Numbered from the stretch's first letter, positions 1 to 12,301 are shown. The stretch: DNA of 64,000 nt from Pristiophorus japonicus (GCF_044704955.1 NC_091987.1:148366001-148430000), one strand, 5' to 3'. The notes: generated by a model not told the origin, from the letters alone. Translations and numbers: made by a program.

Positions 1-1472
1 TATGGAGTGGAGGGTAGCCAATGTAACCCCACTTTTTAAAAAAAGGAGGGAGAGAGAAAACAGGGAATTATAGACCGGTCAGCCTGACCTCAGTAGTGGG
101 TAAAATGATGGAATCAATTATTAAGGATGTCATAGCAGCGCATTTGGAAAGAGGTGACATGATAAGTCCAAGTCAGCATGGATTTGTGAAAGGAAAATCA
201 TGCTTGACAAATCTTCTGGAATTTTTTGAGGATGTTTCCAGTAGAGTGGACAAGGGAGAACCAGTTGATGTGGTATATTTGGACTTTCAGAAGGCTTTCG
301 ACAAGGTCCCACACAAGAGAGTAATGTGCAAAGTTAAAGCACATGGGACTGGGGGTAGTGTGCTGACATGGATTGAGAACTGGTTGTCAGACAGGAAGCA
401 AAGAGTAGGAGTAAATGGGTACTTTTCAGAATGGCAGGCAGTGACTAGTGGGGTACCGCAAGGTTCTGTGCTGGGGCCCCAGCTGTACATTAATGATTTA
501 GACGAGGGGATTAAATGTAGTATCTCCAAATATGCGGATGAAGCTAAGTTGGGTGGCAGTGTGAGCTGCGAGTAGGATGCTATGAGGCTGCAGAGCGACT
601 TGGATAGGTTAGGTGAGTGGGCAAATGCATGGCAGATGAAGTATAATGTGGATAAATGTGAGGTTATCCACTTTGGTGGTAAAAGCAGAGAGACAGACTA
701 TTATCTGAATGGTGACAGATTAGGAAAAGGGGAGGTGCAACGAGACCTGGGTGTCATGGTACATCAGTCATTGAAGGTTGGCATGCAGGTACAGCAGGCG
801 GTTAAGAAAGCAAATGGCATGTTGGCCTTCATAGTGAGGGGATTTGAGTGCAGGGGCAGGGAGGAGTTGCTACAGTTGTACAGGGCATTGGTGAGGCGAC
901 ACCTGGAGTATTGTGTACAGTTTTGGTCTCCTAACTTGAGGAAGGACATTCTTGCTATTGAGGGAGTGCAGCGAAGGTTCACCAGAGTGATTCCCGGGAT
1001 GGCAGGGCTGACCTATCAAGAAAGACTGGATCAACTGGGCTTGTAGTCACTGGAGTTCAGAAGAATGAGAGGGGACCTTATAGAAAAGTTTAAAATTCTG
1101 ATGGGTTCAGACAGGTTAGATGCAGGAAGAATGTTCCCAATGTTGGGGAAGTCCAGAACCAGGGGTCACAGTCTGAGGATAAGGGGTAAGCCATTTAGGA
1201 CCGAGATGAGGAGAAACTTCATCACCCAGAGAGTGGTGAAACCTGTGGAATTCTCTACCACAGAAAGTTGTTGAGGCCAATTCACTAAATATATTCAAAA
1301 AGGAGTTAGATGAAGTCCTTACTACTAGGGGGATCAAGGGGTATGGTGAGAAAGCAGGAAGGGGGTACTGAAGTTGCATGTTCAGCCATGAACTCATTGA
1401 ATGGTGGTGCAGGCTAGAAGGGCCGAATGGCCTACTCCTGCACCTATTTTCTATGTTTCTATGTTTCTATGT
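1..1472 (+). mobile_element. CR1-clade LINE, 3' part of ORF2 (RT), disrupted, with (TTTCTATG)n tail
   Basis: ORFs 96-575, 582-1046 and 1065-1274 give RT motifs [29 protein letters not shown] and YCVQFWSP, interrupted by stops; 3' tail ttttctatgtttctatgtttctatgt ends at 1472. Confidence 0.95.
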
Positions 1473-2023
1473 CTCCTCCTCTCCCTCCATTATAGGGCAC
1501 ATTCGGTCAAATAGGCAGCTGGTAACAGCTACCTTTTGTTTGCCTTCTTGCTGTGAAGCTCTAAAGTCTCCCTCCTTCCTCTCAAAGCAGCCACACCACA
1601 CTCAGCCACGCCTTCAGTCCCTCTGAGCTCCCTCTCTGAATCCTCTTCTACGCATATCATGGTGACCCTTGACCTCCAGAATCGTGGGAATTGAGCGTTG
1701 TCATGCCGTTGCTAAGGACGGCCACACTTTACGGCAGAAGGTCAAAAAAATTTAACGCTGCCGCCCATTTTATATCGCTTGCGGTAATGCGCATTTTCAA
1801 AAATCTAAACTAGGTGTTTTGAGATTGGACAAGAAGCCGGCGATCTGAAAACACTTTTTTAACACCCGCGCCGGAAATAATGCCCATTTTTGCTCAAAAG
1901 TGGAGGTTCTAGCCCTATGTCTTTTATCTTAGTCTAACTTAAAAAAATGTTTTAATGTTTCCTTTTAATATTTTAATATGGACTTTTTAAAATTCATCAT
2001 TTTTAATTCAGACTTTTTAAAGC

Positions 2024-2684
2024 AACGGGCCTCCTTCCCTCCAGCGACGGGCCTTCCCCCCTCCAGTGATAGGCCTCCTTCCCTCCAGCGACGGGCCTCC
2101 TTCCGTCCAGCGACGGGCCTCCTTCCGTCCAGGGACAGGCCTCCTTCCGTCCAGCGACGGGCCTCCTTCCCTCCAGCGACGGGCCTCCTTCCCTCCAGCG
2201 ACGGGCCTTCTTCCCTCCAGCGACGGGCCTCCTTCCCTCCAGCGACGGGCCTCCTTCCCTCCAGCGACGGGCCTCCTTCCCTCCAGCGACGGGCCTCCTT
2301 CCCTCCAGCGACGGGCCTCCTTCCCTCCAGCGACGGGCCTCCTTCCCTCCAGCGACGGGCCTCCTTCCCTCCAGCGACGGGCCTCCTTCCCTCCAGCGAC
2401 AGGCCTCCTTCCCTCCAGCGACGGGCCTTCTTCCCTCCAGCGACGGGCCTCCTTCCCTCCAGCGACGGGCCGCCTTCCCTCCAGCGACGGGCCTTCTTCC
2501 CTCCAGCGATGGGCCTTCCCCCCCCCCCCCCCCCCCCTCCAAGTGGGCCTCCCCACCCCCCCCTCCAAGCGGGCCTTCCCCCCCCCCCCTCTCCAAGCAG
2601 ACCCCCCCCCCCTCTCCAAGTGGGCCTTCCCCCCTTCCCCTCTAAGTGGGCCTTCTCCCCCCTCCCCTCCAAGCGGGCCTTCCC
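2024..2684. repeat. 22-bp minisatellite (CGACGGGCCTCCTTCCCTCCAG)n decaying into C-rich units
   Basis: About 20 near-perfect 22-bp units visible at 2040-2510; explains the repetitive ORFs on both strands. Confidence 0.95.
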
Positions 2685-2884
2685 NNNNNNNNNNNNNNNN
2701 NNNNNNNNNNNNNNNNNNNNNNNNNNNNNNNNNNNNNNNNNNNNNNNNNNNNNNNNNNNNNNNNNNNNNNNNNNNNNNNNNNNNNNNNNNNNNNNNNNNN
2801 NNNNNNNNNNNNNNNNNNNNNNNNNNNNNNNNNNNNNNNNNNNNNNNNNNNNNNNNNNNNNNNNNNNNNNNNNNNNNNNNNNNN
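2685..2884. other. assembly gap (200 N)
   Basis: run of N. Confidence 1.
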
Positions 2885-4780
2885 AGTGGTGGGGATGGGG
2901 GGTGAGGGGGGAGTGGTGGGGATGGGGGGTGAGGGGGAGTGGTGGGGATGGTGGGTGAGGGGGGGAGTGGTGGGGATGGGGGGTGAGTGGGGAGTAGTGG
3001 GGATGGGGGGGGTGAGGTGGGGGGAGTCTTGGTGAGGGGGGGGAGGGGGGGAGTGGTGGGGAAGGGGGGTGAGGGGGGAGTGGTTGAGGTGAGGGGGGAG
3101 TAGTGGGGAGGGGGGAGTAGTGGACAAGGGGGGGGGAGTGGTGGGGATGGGGGGGGGATTGGGGGGGGTGAGGGGGGAGTGGTGGGGATGGGGGTGTTGA
3201 GGGGGGAGTGATGGGGATGGGGGAGGTGAGGGGGGAGTGGTGGGGATGGGGGGGTGAGGGGGGAGTGGGGGTGTTGAGGGGGGAATGGGGGGGTGAGGGG
3301 GGAGTGGTGGGGGTGAGGGGTGAGTGGTGTGAATTGAGGGGGTGAGGGGATGATGGGGGGGCGTGAGGGGGGTGTGGGGGGAGTGGTGGGGATGGGGCGG
3401 GAGTGGTGGGAGTGGTGGGGATGGGGGGGCGAGGGGGGAGTGATGGGGATGGGGAGGCGAGGGGGAAGTGATGGGGGAGGCGAGGGGGGTGTGGTGGGGG
3501 ATAGTGGGGATGGGGGGGGAGTGAGGGAGGGATGGGGGGGGATGGGGGGGTGGTGGGGGGAAGGGGGAGTGGTGGAGGGGGGAAGGGGTGGTGGTGGGGG
3601 GGAAGGGGGAAGGGGCGTGGTGGGGGGAGAAGGGCTAGTGGTGGGGAGGGGTAAGTGTGGGGTAAGGGGAGTAGGGGAGAGTTGTGATGGGGGGAGGGGG
3701 AGCGTTGAGTGGTGGAGTGGAGAGGGAGAATGGTGAGGGTGAGTTGTGATTGCGGGGGAGGGGTAGGAGAGGGTGAGGGGGGTGAGGGAGAGAGAGGGGG
3801 TGAGGATTAGGGGAGTTGGGTGGAGGGGGAGTTGGGGCGTTGATTTGAGGTTGAGGGGGAGGGAGGTGAGGGGTGTTGGGGGGTGGGGAGGGGTGAGTGT
3901 GAGAGGAAGCGAGAGGAGTGAGGGGGAGGGGAAGTGTTGGGATTGAGGGTGTGGGGGAGTGAGGGTGGTGAGGGGGAGGGCGATGGAGGCGGCTGAGAGG
4001 GAGGGGGTGACGGGGGAGGGAGGCGATGGGGGTGTGAGGGTGAGGAGGGGGAGGGAGGGGGGTGAGGTGGGGGAGCTGGGGGGTGTGAGGGGGAGTTTTG
4101 GTGAGGGTGGGTGGGGGTGAGGGGGAGGTAAGGTAGGTGGGTTGGGGTGCGGGGGGTGGGGTGAGGGGGATGTGGTTGAGGGGGAGGTGAGGGAGTTGAG
4201 GGGAGGTGGGAGAAGGTGTGGGAAGGGGAGGTGGGGGTTTGAAGGGGGAGGAGGAGGGGAGGGTTGAGGGGAGGAGGAGGGGGGAGTGGAGGGTGGGTTG
4301 TGGTGGGGATGGGGAGTGAGGGGAGGGGTCGGATGGGGAAGGAGTGGGGAGTGAGGGGAGTGAAGTGGGGAGGGGTGGGGTGGGGACGGAGGGGGAAGAG
4401 AGGAAGAGGGTTGGGGAGTGTGGGGGAGAGAGAGGGGGTGGGAAGTGAGTGAGGGGGAGAGAGAAGTGGGTGGGGGGGCTGAATGAGGGTGGGTGTGAGA
4501 AAGAGAGAGTGAGACGGAGGGAGGATGTGAGGGTGTGAGAGGGAGGGAGGAAGGGTGTGAGGGTGAGGGAGGGAGGCTGTGAGGGTGTGGGAGGGAGGGA
4601 GGGAGGCTGTGAGTGCATGTGAGAGGGAGGGGGGGGTGTGAGTGCCTGTGAGATGGAGGGAGGGTATGAGAGGGAGTGTGTGAGAGTGAGTGAGGGAGGC
4701 TGAGAGTGAGAGAGTGGTGGCTAGGGGTGGGGGGAGGGAGTGGTGGGGAGAGATGGGGGGAAGAGGGGTGAGGTCGGGGG
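2885..4780. repeat. G-rich low-complexity tract (GGGGAGTGGTGGGGAT-like units), dense G-quadruplex potential
   Basis: Almost entirely G/A/T with many G>=3 runs. Confidence 0.9.
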
Positions 4781-4836
4781 ACAGTAAGAGTAAGGGTTTT
4801 CTATCGCCAGGATGCTTTACTAACCTCTCTCTTTCC

Positions 4837-5003
4837 NNNNNNNNNNNNNNNNNNNNNNNNNNNNNNNNNNNNNNNNNNNNNNNNNNNNNNNNNNNNNNNN
4901 NNNNNNNNNNNNNNNNNNNNNNNNNNNNNNNNNNNNNNNNNNNNNNNNNNNNNNNNNNNNNNNNNNNNNNNNNNNNNNNNNNNNNNNNNNNNNNNNNNNN
5001 NNN
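4837..5003. other. assembly gap (167 N) at the alpha3 splice acceptor
   Basis: run of N between a TACTAAC/polypyrimidine tract and the exon. Confidence 1.
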
Positions 5004-5263
5004 CCCCGCCGTGTCCTTTACCCGCCCGGGCGATGCTAAACGCCTGTCCTGTGTCGCCACTGGATTTTACCCTCAAGCCATCGAGGTGACTCTGTGGAGA
5101 GACGGTGTGTTCCTCGCTGAGACCCAGTCCAGTGGGATCCTCCCCAACCACGACGGCACCTTCCAGGTCAGCAAGTGGACGGAGTTTGACCCCGAGGATC
5201 CGGGCACTTTCTCCTGTGAAGTGGAGCACGGCGGTCTGCAGGGGAAGGTGATCGTGTTTTATG
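5004..5263 (+). CDS. MHC class I heavy chain, alpha3 (Ig C1-set) exon; 5' edge hidden in the gap
   Basis: PAVSFTRPGDAKRLSCVATGFYPQAIEVTLW...PNHDGTFQ...FSCEVEHGGL: C1-set motifs CxATGFYP, PNxDGTFQ and F/YxCxVxH; phase-1 donor TATG|gtaaga at 5264; resembles shark UAA-type alpha3 as I recall it. Confidence 0.93.
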
Positions 5264-5279
5264 GTAAGACTGAAGAGAG

Positions 5280-6176
5280 GATCCAGTCTCACTGTGTGAG
5301 CACAGGGTCAGTGCTGAGCTTTGTGAGGGTCCAGTCTCACTGTGTGAGGGTCAGTGCTGAGCTGTGTGAGGGTCCAGTCTCACTGTGTGAGGGTCAGTGC
5401 TGAGCTGTGTGAGGGTCCAGTCTCACTGTGTGAGCACAGGGTCAGTGCTGAGCTGTGTGAGGGTCCAGTCTCACTGTGTGAGGGTCCAGTCTCACTGTGT
5501 GAGCACAGGGTCAGTGCTGAGCTGTGTGAGGGTCCAGTCTCACTGTGTGAGCACAGGGTCAGTGCTGAGCTGTGTGAGGGTCCAGTCTCACTGTGTGAGC
5601 ACAGGGTCAGTGCTGAGCTGTGTGAGGGTCCAGTCTCACTGTGAGCACAGGGTCAGTGCTGAGCTGTGTGAGGGTCCAGTCTCACTGTGAGAACAGGGTC
5701 AGTGCTGAGCTGTGTGAGGGTCCAGCGTCACTGTGTGAGGGTCAGTGCTGAGCTGTGTGAGGGTCCAGTCTCACTGTGAGCACAGGGTCAGTGCTGAGCT
5801 GTGTGAGGGTCCAGTCTCACTGTGAGCACGGGGTCAGTGCTGAGCTGTGTGAGGGTCCAGTCTCACTGTGTGAGCACAGGGTCAGTGCTGAGCTGTGTGA
5901 GGGTCCAGTCTCACTGTGTGAGCACAGGATCAGTGCTGAGCTGTGTGAGGGTCCAGTCTCACTGTGTGAGGGTCAGTGCTGAGCTGTGTGAGGGTCCAGT
6001 CTCACTGTGTGAGCACAGGGTCAGTGCTGAGCTGTGTGAGGGTCCAGTCTCACTGTGTGAGCACAGGGTCAGTGCTGAGCTGTGTGAGGGTCCAGTCTCA
6101 CTGTGAGCACAGGGTCAGTGCTGAGCTGTGTGAGGGGTAAGTCTCACTGTGTGAGCACAGGGTCAGTGCTGAGCTG
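5280..6176. repeat. ~48-bp intronic minisatellite (CACAGGGTCAGTGCTGAGCTGTGTGAGGGTCCAGTCTCACTGTGTGAG)n
   Basis: About 19 units with length variants. Confidence 0.95.
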
Positions 6177-6283
6177 GGATATTGCAGTGTGACTGGGCCC
6201 GGTGTATACTCGGGACATTACAGTCTCACTGGTTGTAGAGTCCCCACGTGTGACTCACTCTCTCTCTCTGATTCTCTCTGCAG

Positions 6284-6391
6284 TGTTTCAACCTGTCTCC
6301 CAGGTCCCTGTTGTTGTCGGTGTTGTGCTTGGGGTCCTCGCGCTGCTCGTCATTCTCACCATTGTGGCTGTCGTCATCGACAAAAAGAAAG
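6284..6391 (+). CDS. MHC class I connecting peptide/transmembrane exon
   Basis: Polypyrimidine + cag acceptor at 6281-6283; phase 1-1; (V)FQPVSQVPVVVGVVLGVLALLVILTIVAVVIDKKK; donor G|gtagca at 6392. Confidence 0.9.
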
Positions 6392-6434
6392 GTAGCAATT
6401 GATCGAAAATGTGCAGGTCCCCATTAGGGTGGCA

Positions 6435-7430
6435 ACTGGGTAGGTCCTCACTGGGGGCGGGGAGGGGGGGACTGGGCAGGTCCTCACAGTAGGGGCGGGG
6501 CAGGTCCTCATTGGGGGGGGGGAGGGGGGACTGGGCAGGTCCTCACTGGGGGCGGGGAGGGGGGGACTGGGCAGGTCCTCACAGCGGGGGAGGGGCAGGT
6601 CCTCATTGGGGGGGGGGAGGGGGGACTGGGCAGGTCCTCACTGGGGGGGGAGGGGCAGGTCCTCACTGGGGGGGAGGGGGAGGTCCTCACTGGGGGGAGA
6701 GGGGCAGGTCCTCACTGGGGGGGGAGGGGCAGGTCCTCACTGGGGGGGAGGGGGGAGGGGCAGGTCCTCACTGGGGGTGGAGGGGCAGGTCCTCACTGGG
6801 GGGGGAGGGGGGAACTGGGCAGGTCCTCACTGGGGGGAAGGGGGGAGGGGCAGGTCCTCACAGCGTGGGAGGGGCAGGTCCTCACTGGGGGGAGAGGGGG
6901 GACTGGGCAGGTCCTCACTGCGGGGGGGAGGGGCAGGTCCTCACTGGGGGGGGAGGGGGGGGACTGGGCAGGTCCTCACTGGGGAGAGGGGACTGGGCAG
7001 GTCCTGAGGCGGGGGGGGAAGGGGCAGGTCCTCACTGGGGAGGGGGGGAGGGGGGGACTGGGCAGGTCCTCACTGGGGAGGGGGGACTGGGCAGGTCCTG
7101 AGGCGGGGGGGGGAAGGGGCAGGTCCTCACTGGGGAGGGGGGGAGGGGGGGACTGGGCAGGTTCTCACTGGGAGGGAGGGGGGAGACTGGGCAGGTCCTC
7201 ACTGGGGGGAGGAGTGGAATTGGGCAGGTCCTGGTTGGGGGGAGGGGCACGTCCTCACTGGGGGGATGGGGGACTGGGCAGGTCCTCACTGGGGGAGGGA
7301 GGAATTGGGCAGGTCCTGGTTGGGGAGACAACACGTCCTCACTGTGGGGAGGGGGGACTGGGCAGCTCCTCACTGGGATGGGGGAGGTGGTAGTAGGGGG
7401 CAGAACAGGGCAGGTCCTCACTGGGGGGAC
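6435..7430. repeat. G-rich intronic minisatellite, core GGGCAGGTCCTCACTGGGGG
   Basis: Roughly 30 variable-length units. Confidence 0.9.
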
Positions 7431-7631
7431 TCTAGGCGCAGGAAGTGGGAGATGAGAATGGGAGGTTGGGGTGTGGGCGTGAGGTTATTGGGGTGGGTGT
7501 GAATGGGGGTCCCAGTGTGTGGTGTGGGGCAGTTGGCGTGTTACCATCTCTACCTTTCGCTCGGCGTTTCCTGCTCTCTCCTCTCTGACTGTCAGTGTGG
7601 CGACACTAACCGAGGGCTCCTTGTTTTACAG

Positions 7632-7664
7632 CTGTGCAGAAGACCGTCTACAATCCAGCAAACA
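7632..7664 (+). CDS. MHC class I cytoplasmic exon 1 (33 bp)
   Basis: CACTAAC branch site at 7604-7610, ttgttttacag acceptor, (A)VQKTVYNPAN, donor A|gtaagt; Tyr motif YNPA typical of shark class I tails; phase 1-1. Confidence 0.88.
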
Positions 7665-7830
7665 GTAAGTTTACCATAACGGGATCTTCACTTAACTGTG
7701 TGGGTGTGTCGTCCTCTGTCTGTCTCTCGAAAGACGTGGGTGGGGGGTGAGGTACGTGTCTCTCTGACGGGGCCGTGTCTCAGGCCGGGAGGAGGGAGGG
7801 CTTATGTTTCTAATGATGGACAGAATTATG

Positions 7831-10800
7831 GCAAAAGACAGAAAGGAGATGAGGAAAAGTGGAGGGCAGAGAAACCCAAGGCAAAGAACAAAAAGGGCCA
7901 CTGTACAGCAAAATTCTAAAAGGACAGAGGGTGTTAAAAAACAAGCCTACAGGCTTTGTGTCTTAATGCAAGGAGTATCCGCAATAAGGTGGATGAATTA
8001 ACTGTGCAAATAGATGTTAACAAATATGATGTGATTGGGATTACGGAGACGTGGCTCCAGGATGATCAGGGCTGGGAACTGAACATCCAGGGGTATTCAA
8101 CATTCAGGAAGGATAGAATAATAGGAAAAGGAGGTGGGGTAGCATTGCTGGTTGAAGAGGAGATTAATGCAATAGTTAGGAAAGACATTAGCTTGGATGA
8201 TGTGGAATCTATATGGGTAGAGCTGCAGAACACTAAAGGGCAAAAAACGTTATTGGGAGTTGTGTACAGACCTCCAAACAGTAGTAGTGATGTTGGGGAG
8301 GGCATCAAACAGGAAATTAGGAGTGCATGCAATAAAGGCGCAGCAGTTATAATGGGTGACTTTAATATGCACATAGATTGGGCTAACCAAACTGGAAGCA
8401 ATACGGTGGAGGAGGATTTCCTGGAGTGCATAAGGGATGGTTTTCTAGACCAATATGTCGAGGAACCAACTAGGGGGGAGGCCATCTTAGACTGGGTGTT
8501 GTGTAATGAGAGAGGATTAATTAACAATCTCATTGTGTGAGGCCCCTTGGGGAAGAGTGACCATAATATGGTGGAATTTTGCATTAGGATGGAGAATGAA
8601 ACAGTTAATTCAGAGACCATGGTCCAGAACTTAAAGAAGGGTAACTTTGAAGGTATGAGGCGTGAATTGGCTAAGATAGATTGGCGAATGATACTTAAGG
8701 TGTTGACTGTGGATGGGCAATGGCAGACATTTAGAGACCGCATGGATGAATTACAACAATTGTACATTCCTGTCTGGTGTAAAAATAAAAAAGGGAAGGT
8801 GGCTCAACCGTGGCTATCTAGGGAAATCAGGGATAGTATTAAAGCCAAGGAAGTGGCATACAAATTGGCCAGAAATAGCAGCGAACCTGGGGACTGGGAG
8901 AAATTTAGAACTCAGCAGAGGAGGACAAAGGGTTTGATTAGGGCAGGGAAAATGGAGTACGAGAAGAAGCTTGCAGGGAACATTAAGGCGGATTGCAAAA
9001 GTTTCTATAGGTATGTAAAGAGAAAAAGGTTAGTAAAGACAAACGTAGGTCCCCTGCAGTCAGAATCAGGGGAAGTCATAACGGGGAACAAAGAAATGGC
9101 AGACCAATTGAACAAGTACTTTGGTTCAGTATTCACTAAGGAGGACACAAACAACCTTCCGGATATAAAAGGGGTCAGAGGGTCTAGTAAGGAGGAAGAA
9201 CTGAGGGAAATCGTTATTAGTCGGGAAATTGTGTTGGGGAAATTGATGGGATTGAAGGCCGATAAATCCCCAGGGCCTGATGGACTGCATCCCAGAGTAC
9301 TTAAGGAGGTGGCCTTGGAAATAGCGGATGCATTGACAGTCATTTTCCAACATTCCATTGACTCTGGATCAGTTCCTATTGAGTGGAGGGTAGCCAATGT
9401 AACCCCACTTTTTAAAAAAGGAGTGAGAGAGAAAGCAGGGAATTATAGACCGGTCAGCCTGACCTCAGTAGTGGGTAAAATGATGGAATCAATTATTAAG
9501 GATGTCATAGCACCGCATTTGGAAAATGGTGACATGATAGGTCCAAGTCAGCATGGATTTGTGAAAGGGAGATCATGCTTGACAAATCTTCTGAAATTTT
9601 TTGAGGATGTTTCCAGTAAAGTGGACAAAGGAGAACCAGTAGATGTGGTATATTTGGACTTTCAGAAGGCTTTCGACAGGTCCCACACAGGAGATTAATG
9701 TGCAAAGTTAAAGCACATGGGATTGAGGGTAGTGTGCTGACGTGGATTGAGAACTGGTTGTCAGACAGGAAGCAATGAGTAGGAGTAAATGGGGACTTTT
9801 CAGAATGGCAGGCAGTGACTAGTGGGGTACCCAAGGGTCTGTGCTGGGGCCCCAGCTGTTTACATTGTACATTAATGATTTAGACGAGGGGATTAAATGT
9901 AGTATCTCCAAATTTGCGGATGACACTAAATTGGGTGGCACTGTGAGCTGCGAGGAGGATGCTATGAGGCTGCAGAGTGACTTGGATAGGTTAGGTGAGT
10001 GGGCAAATGCGTGGCAGATGAAGTATAATGTGGATAAATGTGAGGTTATCCACTTTGGTGGTAAAAACAGAGAGACAGACTATTATTGGAATGGTGACAG
10101 ATTAGGAAAAGGGAAGGTGCAATGAGACCTGGGTGTCATGGTACATCAGTCATTGAAGGTTGGCGTGCAGGTACAGCAGGCGGTTAAGAAAGCAAATGGC
10201 ATGTTGGCCTTCATAGCGAGGGGATTTGAGTACAGGGGCAGGGAGGTGTTGCTACAGTTGTACAGGGCCTTGGTGAGGCCACACCTGGAGTATTGTGTAC
10301 AGTTTTGGTCTCCTAACTTGAGGAAGGACATTCTTGCTATTGAGGGAGTGCAGCGAAGATTCACCAGACTGATTCCCGGGATGGTGGGACTGACCTATCA
10401 AGAAAGACTGGATCAACTGGGCTTGTATTCACTGGAGTTCAGAAGAGTGAGAGGGGACCTCATGGAAACGTTTAAAATTCTGACGGGTTTGGACAGGTTG
10501 GATGCAGGAAGAATGTCCCCAATGTTGGGGAAGTCCAGAACCAGGGGTCACAGTCTAAGGATAAGGGGTAAGCCATTTAGGACCGAGATGAGGAGAAACT
10601 TCTTCACCCAGAGAGTGGTGAACCTGTGGAATTCTCTACCACAGAAAGTAGTTGAGGCCAATTCACTAAATATATTCAAAAGGGAGTTAGATGAAGTCCT
10701 TACTACTCGTGGGATCAAGGGTTATGGCGAGAAAGCAGGAAGGGGGTACTGAAGTTTCATGTTCAGCCATGAACTCATTGAATGGCGGTGCAGGCTAGAA

Positions 10801-10852
10801 GGGCTGAATGGCCTGCTCCTGCACCTATTTTCTATGTTTCTATGTTTCTATG
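7831..10852 (+). mobile_element. CR1 LINE, 5'-truncated, near-complete but disrupted ORF2 (APE endonuclease + RT), inside an MHC intron
   Basis: ORFs 7956-8540 (CLNARS, ITETW, GDFN), 8547-9698, 9841-10125 (FADD) and 10138-10752; (TTTCTATG)n tail. Confidence 0.95.
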
Positions 10853-10975
10853 ACACATGTGTCTCTGGTGGGGGGGGAACGTGTCTCTGACTGGGGGGCG
10901 TGTCTGATGGGGTGGGAGGGGGGGCGTGTCTGTGCGTCTGTCTCTGAAGGTGAACACCTCTCTTTCCATTAACAG

Positions 10976-11001
10976 CTTCTGATGCAGGGGAATCCTCATG
11001 A
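10976..11001 (+). CDS. MHC class I cytoplasmic exon 2, coding part (exon runs to donor after 11021)
   Basis: ctctttccattaacag acceptor; (T)SDAGESS* with TGA at 10999-11001; donor CAG|gtatga at 11022. Confidence 0.8.
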
Positions 11002-11164
11002 ACCTCGTCCGCCAGCCTCAGGTATGAATATTAGTGATCAATAGTGTCAGCAGATTCTTCACTGGGCTATTGACTGGGATATTACAGATATACCCACACG
11101 GGGGGTCTCTGAGCCCAGTGTCTTTATGTGTGAAACACTGCTGGGGGTTTCTGAGCCCAGTCTT

Positions 11165-11236
11165 TGTGTGTGTGTGTGTGTGTGTGTGTGTGGGGCGGGG
11201 GGTGTCTGTGTGTCTGTGTGTGTGGGTGTGTGTGTG
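11165..11236. repeat. (TG)n microsatellite
   Basis: direct reading. Confidence 0.9.
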
Positions 11237-11443
11237 AAACACTCGCAGGGGGTCTCTGAGCCCAATGCCTGTCTCTCGGTGAATAGGTGTTAAAGGCTAT
11301 GTCATAGAGTTCAACACTGAGCGGTGAGACTGTCCCGCTGGAGATGGCGATCCTGCACAGTGAGGCTGGAGATATTGGGGGTGGGGGGGTAAACACTTCT
11401 AACATCTCAACCTGGACGTGGCTACCCTGTAATCAAATCACAG

Positions 11444-11613
11444 ATAGATAGATTTTTAACCAATAAGGGAATTAAGGGTTATAGGGAGCGGGCGGGTAAG
11501 TGGAACTGAGTCCACGGCCAGATCAGCCATGATCTTTTTGAATGGCGGAACAGGCTCGAGGGGCTAAATGGCCTACTCCTGTTCCTAATTCTTATGTTCT
11601 TCTGTTCTTATGT
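11444..11613 (+). mobile_element. CR1 3'-end fragment, (TTCTTATG)n tail subfamily
   Basis: gatcagccatgatc...gaatggcgg...ggcctactcctg...ttcttatg. Confidence 0.85.
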
Positions 11614-11730
11614 ACCTGTCAGCTGCTCCCTTTCATTAAAGGTAGTCGAGTTTCCCAGAAATTGGTTAATGGGGGTTTGTGGTGTCTCTTCCCTCAGGAT
11701 TGATTACTGCTGGTGCTTGGTGGGGGGGGA

Positions 11731-12048
11731 TTCAGGTCTGCGTGGTTTTATTGCTTGTGTTTGGGGTCTGCTGGGTTTTATTGCTGGTGTTTGGGGTCTG
11801 CTGGGTTTTATTGCTGGTGTTTGGGGTCTGCTGGGTTTTATTGCTGGTGTTTAGGGTCTGCTGGGTTTTATTGCTGGTGTTTGTGGTCTGCTGGGTTTTA
11901 TTGCTGGTGTTTGGGGTCTGCTGGGTTTTATTGCTTGTGTTTGGGGTCTGCTGGGTTTTATTGCTGGTGTTTGGGGTCTGCTGGGTTTTATTGCTGGTGT
12001 TTGGGGTCTGCTGGGTTTTATTGCTGGTGTTTGGGATCTGCTGGGTTT
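11731..12048. repeat. 30-bp minisatellite (TTGGGGTCTGCTGGGTTTTATTGCTGGTGT)n
   Basis: About 10 units. Confidence 0.95.
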
Positions 12049-12082
12049 GCCTTGCTCTGTGACCATCTATTCTTTTCCCCAG

Positions 12083-12250
12083 TGACATCAGTCCACAGTC
12101 AGCGGGAGGAGTTGGAGAGAGAATTGGGGATGGTAGCTTTTCATCGCAATGATGGCGATTGACTGGTGATGGCTCTGGCTCTGGCTCTGGATGACCCTGT
12201 TTAACTGTAGCGCTGGGGGTTGTGGGTATTAAACCTGTGTGTTTTCTGTT
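12083..12250 (+). other. probable terminal (3'UTR) exon of the MHC class I gene
   Basis: ttcttttccccag acceptor ending at 12082; ATTAAA at 12228-12233 followed by a GT/T-rich tract. Confidence 0.55.
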
Positions 12251-12301
12251 TTGGTGATTTCAGCTTTGATCTGTTTATACTGCACACACTGCATGGATGT
12301 C

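Noticed and set aside
1695-1722. RFX X-box-like CCTTAGCAAC..TGAC on the minus strand
   Set aside because: No correctly spaced Y box, and it lies in what looks like a MITE-type repeat end
1965-7502. Many Gly/Pro/Arg-rich ORFs (also 11594-12162, 38378-39022, 59328-60512)
   Set aside because: They coincide with minisatellites and are open in several frames on both strands
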